DNA from: an uncultured virus (IMG/VR IMGVR_UViG_3300032167_004205)
Lineage: Duplodnaviria > Heunggongvirae > Uroviricota > Caudoviricetes
Direction: 5' to 3' (one strand)
Virus record (IMG/VR): IMGVR_UViG_3300032167_004205
DNA: 23,617 nt
Both the position numbers and the translations under genes were made by a program. Below are positions 18,101 through 23,617 of this stretch, piece by piece (the stretch's first letter is position 1; the number at the start of each line of letters is the position of its first letter). The notes beneath the pieces were generated by a model. That model did not search any database and was not told the origin of the DNA. It was given only the letters and a program-made list of their open reading frames with translations.

Positions 18101-19238
18101 CGGTGTCTCCATCACCAAGGTTGCCGATGACACCTCCGTCTATGTTGGCGAAAAGATCACCTACACCATCGTTGTCACCAATACTGGTAATGTGGATCTA
18201 ACTAATGTGGTTGTCACCGATGACTTCATCAAGGGTGGCGATCAGGATCGTACTTGGACTATCGACAAGCTGACAGTCAAGGAGAGCAAGACCTTTACCT
18301 TCGAGTATAAAACAGTCTACGCTGACCGCAACGGTCTGTCGAACGTGGCGATTGCCGATTCCAAAGAGACTGACCCCAAGACCACTGATTCTGTGTACGT
18401 GGAAGTGGAAGTGGAACGTGAGTATGATCGTCCCGACCCCAAGCCTGCACTGAACAAGGAAGACCACTACGCTTACATCGTGGGCTATCCCGATGGCTTG
18501 GTCCATCCCGAGCGAAACATCACCCGCGCTGAAGTTTCCACCATCTTCTTCCGCATGCTGCTGGATGAGAGCCGTGAAGACTTCTGGTCTCAGGAGAACT
18601 GGTTCTCTGATGTTCCCGCTGATCAGTGGTACAACAACGCCGTGTCCACTCTGTCCAATGCCGGTCTGATCACCGGTTATCCCGATGGCAGCTTCAAGCC
18701 CAACGCCAACATCACCCGCGCTGAGTTCGCTACCATCGCCATCCGCTTCTTCCTGGAAGAGGATGTGGAGATCACCGAGAATAACCTGACTGACATCAAG
18801 GGCCATTGGGCTGAGGCAAACATCAATCTGGCTTATGCTCTGAACCTGATCAATGGTTATCCCGATAACACCTTCCGTCCTGACCAGAAGATCACCCGTG
18901 CTGAGGCTATGACCATCGTCAACCGCGTCCTGGAACGCCATCCTCACGAGGATCACCTGCTGGAAGATATGATCGAATGGCCGGATAACATGGATACTGA
19001 CGCTTGGTACTATGCCGACGTTCAGGAAGCCACCAACTCTCACGAGTTCTATAAGACTGAGATCAAGGGCGAGGATGAGGAATACGAGGTCTGGACCGAG
19101 CTGCTGCCCGTCCGTGACTGGGCCGCTCTGGAACGTGAGTGGTCTCAGGCCAACTCCTCCAAGAACCCTGGTGAGGTGGTTGATATCAATATCAACACTC
19201 CTGAAGCCGGAAACAACGGCACTCTGAAACTCAATTAA
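15195..19238 (+). CDS. Large SLH-anchored multidomain surface adhesin (vWA, SHIRT-like, MucBP/InlB-B-like, DUF11-like, SLH repeats)
   Basis: Signal peptide ending TTAFA; vWA MIDAS VFVLDASGS, GGTP, IIVADG, IYTVGF; SHIRT-like FESGTEGKALP..GTWTFNGW; YTFSGWTP repeat; ITYTIVVTNTGNVDLTNVVVTD; C-terminal SLH motifs (GYPDG..PERNITRAE, GYPDGSFKPNANITRAE, GYPDNTFRPDQKITRAE). Confidence 0.88.
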   Translation: MMKKRFWALFLAVMMIVSVLPTTAFAADEEVDKNLQPDPRYYSFAGKELDKDEADNADITLSKTAEYIGDGKYEITLSVDAGAQILPKPTEVVFVLDASGSMNFCTDVSGYESHSHDAWGQCGYNSSTETCNFLKEHKHVHTWDRNSIAYCTLTRSGDKDSRWDDATAAIESMKDKIGTENITYRYVYFKSVQNNHGGWPNVAYEVSSYSEISPGGGTPLYLGVEEGIDCFTEDPMSNKVLIIVADGAADKVEGKGTYPKSICDNFKAIAGNTIYTVGFTFSDKDFNDLASEGCDFTAGNADDLELAMDTISKKISGMIVDPMGDGVTLDNASIEINQNQAGINVNDGTINWSDAKGISGKVTMTYNVTVNVDEDEDHQEIPLNGDAKLHYTYTGENGDEKSCSISFPVPVAVIQKEPEIFNVTYFFESGTEGKALPAAINEYLPAVGTALNGDTVKPATPEQTTYEAVDGTWTFNGWDYDSLIVAGDDIEFVGTWSFEIAKYDYTVEYYYDGVIDSAKTETLSAEYGAKINEYEDKSGNEFMLESHTAPIIIGAEASENVIEVYYVTDVWNDEKDKLEGGDKIPDKHQVCVEYVSSDATKGTVTPALDVITLYAATGAYATVGDVTTSEATATAIEGNGFKNWTDYNSAVMEGEDETLSVQTIKDAEGGETYTYTAIFSAATQPGVVKIPYYIEHYQEQLDGTYVKAETETKFDVKDQEITIVDADYKSYANYAPNKTHASAVLSGKVDYSVDPTGGDTPVVTMLTLKLYYDLDKYTVTFVDEDGTILEAATEYAYGTKAADIVKPANPTKAADADYTYTFSGWTPAIADVTNHATYKATYSATPREAKLSVADKVLKTTDEINEGSVIAWKITVQNDGNKDAQLVAGLISDTIYYGDTENGPWTVLEGASVTFPETLPVVEAGKTAEIEVTWIVPASVVGKYIKNAAKVNGEEGSKETPPAYVVPEPGVSITKVADDTSVYVGEKITYTIVVTNTGNVDLTNVVVTDDFIKGGDQDRTWTIDKLTVKESKTFTFEYKTVYADRNGLSNVAIADSKETDPKTTDSVYVEVEVEREYDRPDPKPALNKEDHYAYIVGYPDGLVHPERNITRAEVSTIFFRMLLDESREDFWSQENWFSDVPADQWYNNAVSTLSNAGLITGYPDGSFKPNANITRAEFATIAIRFFLEEDVEITENNLTDIKGHWAEANINLAYALNLINGYPDNTFRPDQKITRAEAMTIVNRVLERHPHEDHLLEDMIEWPDNMDTDAWYYADVQEATNSHEFYKTEIKGEDEEYEVWTELLPVRDWAALEREWSQANSSKNPGEVVDININTPEAGNNGTLKLN

Positions 19239-19246
19239 ACCTTATG

Positions 19247-19277
19247 AAAAGGCCGCCCAAAAGGGCGGCCTTTTTTT
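19247..19277 (+). terminator. Rho-independent terminator
   Basis: AAAAGGCCGCCC-AAAA-GGGCGGCCTTTTTTT. Confidence 0.92.
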
Positions 19278-19331
19278 GTACTCCTATTATATAATAAGCG
19301 GTTTTTTTCATAAAATACTTGACCTTCGATA

Positions 19332-19360
19332 TTGAAAACCCCGAATATTCGTGCTATTCT
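19332..19360 (+). promoter_or_regulatory. Candidate SigA promoter for the AP2 gene
   Basis: TTGAAA (19332-37), 17 bp spacer, TG-C-TATTCT (19352-60). Confidence 0.45.
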
Positions 19361-19421
19361 CATTTTGTATTTTAGCGCAAAGTAGCAGAGTTTCCAAACT
19401 GGAAGTCGACGGAGGATGATC

Positions 19422-20315
19422 ATGCAGCAGTCAAACACCAATTATGATCTCACTGGACGGCTTTTTGGCGCGCTGAAAGCCGAGGAACTGGTGGACGGTG
19501 TCAATTCCAAAGCTCGATGGCGGTGCACCTGTGCGTGCGGCCAAGAGAAGATCGTATCCTATCGCAATCTCGTATACGGTAAGACAAAATCCTGTGGCTG
19601 TGTACGTGCTGCAAAAGCGATTAAAGACCTGACAGGCAAGCGGTTCGGTCGTTTGGTCGCACAAGAACGGCTTCCTGACAAACGGGACGGCTCTTACCTC
19701 TGGCGGTGCCTGTGTGATTGCGGCGGAGTGGCTTTTATCACAGCAGTTGCGTTAACAAAAGGGCAGGCCAAAAGTTGCGGCTGCCTAGCAATAGAGGCAA
19801 AACGTGCGCGTGCTTCCGACTTAAAAGGGAAGCGCTTTGGCCGACTCACCGCGATCGAGCCGACCGAAAGCCGCAGCGAGAACGGTGGCGTCATCTGGCG
19901 GTGTCTGTGCGACTGTGGAACGGAAAGTTTCCAAATAGCGTCTGTCCTGTGTAACGGTGGAGTAACCAGCTGCGGTTGTAAGCATAAGGAAAACGATTCG
20001 CTGCAGCGTTCGTTAGATTATATAGACGGCACATGCGTTCAGTTCCTTCAACAAACAGGTAAGATTCGATCTGATAGTACCAGTGGTGTCCGTGGTGTAT
20101 CCCTGCATAAAGGGAAATGGCGTGCGCGGATAACCTTTAAAAAGGAAACCTATTATCTCGGCGAATATGATGATATTGAAAAGGCGATTAAGGCCCGAAA
20201 GAAAGCAGAAGGCCTTCTGTTCGGTGAGTTTCTTGATTGGTATAACGCTACTTTCCCAAATAAGGAAAAAGAAGACGGTCAGAGCACCGTAGTTAACACC
20301 AAAAGCACAAACTGA
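19422..20315 (+). CDS. AP2-domain DNA-binding protein with three Cys-rich repeats (related to HNH-AP2 proteins, no HNH motif seen)
   Basis: Three ~63-aa repeats DL.G..FG.L.A.E...WRC.C.CG...G...SCGC; C-terminal STSGVRGVSLHKGKWRARITFKKETYYLGEYDDIEKAIKARKKAE is AP2-like; GGAGG favours ATG 19422. Confidence 0.8.
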   Translation: MQQSNTNYDLTGRLFGALKAEELVDGVNSKARWRCTCACGQEKIVSYRNLVYGKTKSCGCVRAAKAIKDLTGKRFGRLVAQERLPDKRDGSYLWRCLCDCGGVAFITAVALTKGQAKSCGCLAIEAKRARASDLKGKRFGRLTAIEPTESRSENGGVIWRCLCDCGTESFQIASVLCNGGVTSCGCKHKENDSLQRSLDYIDGTCVQFLQQTGKIRSDSTSGVRGVSLHKGKWRARITFKKETYYLGEYDDIEKAIKARKKAEGLLFGEFLDWYNATFPNKEKEDGQSTVVNTKSTN

Positions 20316-20418
20316 ATATTTTTTCACGAACCTGCTCGTGCCACTTCGTCGCTGCACGGATTACAGGCGACAATTCCATGTACTGATAAACTTATGTTAA
20401 TAATGTCACATCTATCAC

Positions 20419-20448
20419 AAGACCCAGCTCTTTGGCTGGGTCTTTTTT
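20419..20448 (+). terminator. Rho-independent terminator
   Basis: AAGACCCAGC-TCTTTG-GCTGGGTCTT-TTTT. Confidence 0.88.
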
Positions 20449-20488
20449 AGCGTAATTATTAAATTTCTTTGAACGAAAAAACGCTAAA

Positions 20489-20522
20489 TATAACCGTTCG
20501 TGTAACCGCGCAGTGCTATAAT
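20489..20522 (+). promoter_or_regulatory. Putative activator-dependent promoter of the sipW operon
   Basis: ATAACC (20490), GTAACC (20502), TGCTATAAT (20514-22); shares GTTCGyGTAACC-N6-TGnTATAAT with 15028-15054. Confidence 0.7.
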
Positions 20523-20643
20523 GGTAAAAGAACGGGGGTATTATGCCCTTTTTGCATCAAAAGGATGCATCGCGATACATTTTTATTCCAAAGAAACAAA
20601 CTTTTTCCGCCAGGCGGAAAAGAGAACAGGAGCAAACAATTAC

Positions 20644-21198
20644 ATGAAAGCACTGAAAACCGTCTGGAATGTGATCACCACCGTTTTGGTCACGTTAGTC
20701 GTCGTTCTGGCTATCCTGCTGGTGGGCGTTCGTGTGGTAGGCCTGACCCCCTATGTGGTACTGTCCGGTTCCATGGAGCCTACGTATCATACCGGCTCTC
20801 TGATCTATGTAAAAAAGGTAGATCCCTTTGCCATTGAAGCAGGAGACCCGATTACCTTCATGCTCTCGGAAGATACTATCGCAACCCATCGAGTGGTTGG
20901 CGTAGTTCCTGATGAGAACGACAGCACCGTCATTCGGTTTCGCACCAAAGGCGATGCTAATGAAGCTGAGGATGGCACCCTGATCCATTATAAAAATGTC
21001 ATCGGTTCGCCTGTGTTCTCCATTCCTTACTTAGGTTTTGTAAGTAACTACATCACCAATCCTCCCGGCATGTATATCGGCTTCACTGTGCTGGGTTTGA
21101 TTATCCTGATGCTCTTTGCTCCCGATCTTCTGAAGGCCGCCGACGCTGCCGACAAAAAGGCTGAGGAAAAGAAGAAGGGAAGTCACGAAGCCGAATAA
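20644..21198 (+). CDS. sipW: ER-type signal peptidase I (SipW)
   Basis: N-terminal TM helix, VLSGSMEP (Ser), ATHR (His), TKGDAN..D, C-terminal TM helix; RBS AGGAG before ATG 20644. Confidence 0.92.
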   Translation: MKALKTVWNVITTVLVTLVVVLAILLVGVRVVGLTPYVVLSGSMEPTYHTGSLIYVKKVDPFAIEAGDPITFMLSEDTIATHRVVGVVPDENDSTVIRFRTKGDANEAEDGTLIHYKNVIGSPVFSIPYLGFVSNYITNPPGMYIGFTVLGLIILMLFAPDLLKAADAADKKAEEKKKGSHEAE

Positions 21199-21265
21199 CC
21201 TCCGCATCCCTTAATCCCCGGTGTTACCCGAAAGGGTTCACATAAAATCCCATGATTCCCTGCGC

Positions 21266-21351
21266 TGTCATCGCGAGCCGTCGCAGACGGCGTGGCGATC
21301 CGCATCTTCAAAGAAACGGATTCCAGCGTCGCTTCGCTCCTCGGAATGACA
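21266..21351. repeat. REP-like / REPIN-like palindromic element
   Basis: Inverted halves TGTCATCGCGAGCCGTCGCAGACGGCGTGGCGATCCG and (reverse complement) TGTCATTCCGAGGAGCGAAGCGACGCTGGAATCCG, separated by 14 nt. Confidence 0.7.
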
Positions 21352-21402
21352 AAAACAAGTCTTCAATTCAAAATTTTTGATAACCGAAAGGAGAAAAACG
21401 AA

Positions 21403-22047
21403 ATGAAGAAGAAAACAATCGCACTGCTGCTGGTCCTGATGATGATCTTTGGCGTCACCTGCGGCGGCACCATCGCCTACCTGACCTCCACCACTGACAC
21501 CATCACCAATACCTTTACCGTTGGTAATGTCACCATCACTCTGGATGAGGTTCTGGTTACCGCTTACGGTGAAAAAGGTAAGGAAGTTATCAAAACTGTT
21601 GATGGTAAAGAGGTTACCACTATTGAGAAACTGGCTGAGGGTGACAAGGAAACTCGCGTAACTTCTAACGAATACAAATTGATCCCCGGTCATACCTACA
21701 CTAAGGATCCTACCATCCATGTGGATACCAACTCTGAGAACTGCTGGCTGTTCGTCAAGGTTGTTGATGAAATCGCCGATATCCAGGATACTACTACTGT
21801 TGCGGCTCAGATGGCATCTAATGGTTGGACTGCAGTTTCTGGTGAGACTAATGTCTATGCTTACAAGAAAATTGTTGAGGCTGGTGAGGATGCTCCTATT
21901 TTTGCCAACTTCAAGATTAAGGGCGATGCTGCTGTTGATAAGTATACTGGTAAGACAATCTCTATCATTGCTTACGCTATCCAGGCTGACAGCTTTGATA
22001 CTGCTGCTGATGCTTGGACTGCTGCTCCCTCCAACTGGACCAAGTAA
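21403..22047 (+). CDS. SipW-dependent (TasA/CalY/camelysin-like) secreted protein 1
   Basis: MKKKTIALLLVLMMIFGVTCGGTIA|YLTSTTDTITNTFTVGNVTITLDE is a SipW-cognate signal peptide; LIPG...KDPTI and IIAYAIQA motifs. Confidence 0.88.
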   Translation: MKKKTIALLLVLMMIFGVTCGGTIAYLTSTTDTITNTFTVGNVTITLDEVLVTAYGEKGKEVIKTVDGKEVTTIEKLAEGDKETRVTSNEYKLIPGHTYTKDPTIHVDTNSENCWLFVKVVDEIADIQDTTTVAAQMASNGWTAVSGETNVYAYKKIVEAGEDAPIFANFKIKGDAAVDKYTGKTISIIAYAIQADSFDTAADAWTAAPSNWTK

Positions 22048-22118
22048 CAATCAGCTACCCGTTTTATTTGATTCGCAAAAATCTAACATAAAACACTTCT
22101 GAAAAGGAGAACCACAAA

Positions 22119-22865
22119 ATGAAAAAGAAACTGACTGCAGTCGCTCTGATCGTCTGCATGCTGGCCATCATGCTGGTCGGCGCTTCTCTGGCTTATTTTA
22201 CTGATACTGCTGAAGCCGAGAACACCTTTACCGTCGGTAGCGTTAAAATCGAGATGACCGAGACTGATGCTTCTGGTGCCGAGTTTAAGCAGGATCAGGT
22301 CCTGATGCCCGGCAAGGAAAATGCCATCGAGAAGGTTGTTACCATCAAGAATACCGGCAAGAGCAACGCTTGGATCTGGGCTGAGGTTCTGATTCCCGCC
22401 GCTCTGGACGATAATGATGACAACTCTCCCGAAGCTCCCGGTCTGGGCAACAGCCTGCATGTCAACTATCCCGGTATGTATGCTAAAGAGTATGCACAGA
22501 ATCAGGATGCCAACGCCAAGTTCTACAACACCGATCTGACCAAGCTGTGGGTTATGCAGCATAATGCTGATGGCCTGAGCTACGGTTATGCTGGCACCGA
22601 GACCGTTGATGGCGTTGTTTACAATAAGTTTGTCAAGTTCTATACTGATGAGCTGAAGCCCAATGAGACTACTCCTGCTTTCATGAGCCAGGTTTATATG
22701 GACGCCAAGGTCACCCAGGGCGAGAATGATGCTTACATTCTGGCTGATGGTAAGACCTCCTACACTGGTTCTTGGGAAGTTCTGGTTCGCGGTTATGCTA
22801 TGCAGGCTGCTGGTTTCGATTCCGCTGTGGAAGCTTACGTCGAATACAACAAGCCCGCTCAGTAA
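22119..22865 (+). CDS. SipW-dependent (TasA/CalY-like) secreted protein 2
   Basis: MKKKLTAVALIVCMLAIMLVGASLA|YFTDTAEAENTFTVGSVKIEMTE; LMPG..IEKVVTIKNTG; GYAMQA. Confidence 0.9.
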   Translation: MKKKLTAVALIVCMLAIMLVGASLAYFTDTAEAENTFTVGSVKIEMTETDASGAEFKQDQVLMPGKENAIEKVVTIKNTGKSNAWIWAEVLIPAALDDNDDNSPEAPGLGNSLHVNYPGMYAKEYAQNQDANAKFYNTDLTKLWVMQHNADGLSYGYAGTETVDGVVYNKFVKFYTDELKPNETTPAFMSQVYMDAKVTQGENDAYILADGKTSYTGSWEVLVRGYAMQAAGFDSAVEAYVEYNKPAQ

Positions 22866-22878
22866 TTATTACTTACCC

Positions 22879-22941
22879 ACGGCTCCCCGCTCCTGCGGGG
22901 GCCGTACCCAAGCATCTAACCCATTTTTAGGTGCTTGGGTA
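22879..22941 (+). other. Two adjacent strong intergenic hairpins (attenuator or mRNA-stabilising)
   Basis: ACGGCTCCCCGC/GCGGGGGCCGT (22879-22905) and TACCCAAGCATCTAA/TTAGGTGCTTGGGTA (22905-22941). Confidence 0.6.
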
Positions 22942-23012
22942 TGGCCATTTTCAGCCATCTTTTCATTCGTTAATAATAATATTGAAAATAGAAGTCAAAG
23001 GAGGACACGCGC

Positions 23013-23617
23013 ATGAAAAAGAAACTACTTTCCCTTGCGCTGATGACCATCTTCATCTCCCTGATGGCGCTGGGCAGTGCGGCGTTTTTCACCAAAGACG
23101 CGTACACCACCAACATCATCACCACCGGCACGGTGAGCCTGCTGCTGGATGAACATCTGGCAGAGGACCAATGGACCGCCGTCACCGATCAGGTGGGCGA
23201 GCAGGAGGTCATCGTTGCCTATGCGTTCAATGACCCCGTGATGCCTGGTGTCAAGGTGGAAAAGAAACCCACCATAAAAAACAACGGCTCTCAGCCCTTC
23301 TTCCTCCGTGCAAAGGTAGAGAAGACGGTTGTCGCCGCCGACAAAGTGACCGGCAAGGATGCCAGCGTTGTGCTGATTGAGTGCCTCGACGGCTGGCAGT
23401 TGAATGAGGACGGCTGGTGGTATTACACCAAGAAGGATGCCTCTGACGCCGTCAACCCCGGCGATGAGATCACCCTGTTTGACGGCGTGATGCTCGACCC
23501 CAAAACCGGAAACGATTATCAGAACTGCACCGTGACCATCTCGGTCCGGGCGCAGGCAGTCCAGAGCAAGAACCAGACCGACGGCCAGGGCAAGGCCATT
23601 TTGGATTCCCCCGCCGC
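23013..23617 (+). CDS. SipW-dependent (TasA/CalY-like) secreted protein 3, running off the window end
   Basis: Own translation: MKKKLLSLALMTIFISLMALGSAA|FFTKDAYTTNIITTGTVSLLLDE...VMPGVKVEKKPTIKNNGS...DGWWYY...AQAVQS; RBS GAGG; no stop codon in the window. Confidence 0.88.
   Translation, partial: MKKKLLSLALMTIFISLMALGSAAFFTKDAYTTNIITTGTVSLLLDEHLAEDQWTAVTDQVGEQEVIVAYAFNDPVMPGVKVEKKPTIKNNGSQPFFLRAKVEKTVVAADKVTGKDASVVLIECLDGWQLNEDGWWYYTKKDASDAVNPGDEITLFDGVMLDPKTGNDYQNCTVTISVRAQAVQSKNQTDGQGKAILDSPA

Noticed and set aside
15858..19043. Long antisense ORFs (366, 272 and 281 aa) opposite the adhesin
   Set aside because: Same codon-bias shadow effect; the sense gene has clear domains.
20521..20643. 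Upstream extensions of sipW (from 20521), pilin 1 (from 21292) and the S-layer gene (from 10007)
   Set aside because: RBS position and signal peptide or TM starts favour ATG 20644, 21403 and 10040; the 20521 ATG overlaps the predicted -10.
21268..22562. Antisense ORFs (260 and 159 aa) over the pilin genes
   Set aside because: Shadow ORFs; the CHSEERSDAGI segment is just the translated REP-like element.
1..23617. CRISPR array, tRNA/rRNA, DGR/retron, IS element or invertible promoter
   Set aside because: No repeat-spacer array, tRNA/rRNA-like sequence, reverse transcriptase, transposase or recombinase seen.

Overview
The window looks like Bacillota/Clostridia DNA, probably Oscillospiraceae-like (inferred from gene content and codon usage), and has two blocks. 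(1) ~1-9760 is the right end of a prophage or phage-satellite-like element. Its replication/modification module holds a DUF3799-like exonuclease C-terminus, ssb, an orphan PemK/MazF-like gene, an SF2 helicase, an antisense Xre repressor with twin operators, VRR-NUC, an NrS-1-type primase-polymerase fused to a VirE/VapE helicase, an amino-MTase and a very long C5-MTase. It stops right after a lone small terminase gene, with no terL or capsid genes following. (2) ~9790-23617 is a host cell-surface locus: a highly expressed SLH S-layer-type protein, a regulator made of two tandem SARP-like (wHTH+BTAD) modules, a 1347-aa vWA/SHIRT/SLH adhesin, a Cys-repeat AP2 protein, and sipW followed by at least three TasA/CalY-like SipW-dependent proteins. 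The strongest signal is a GTTCGyGTAACC-N6-TGnTATAAT promoter motif, with 12-bp-spaced GTAACC-like repeats in place of a -35, shared by the adhesin and sipW promoters. It suggests a double-SARP-controlled regulon linking sortase-independent TasA-like fibres and an SLH-anchored adhesin. All family assignments come from motif recognition by eye, not database searches.
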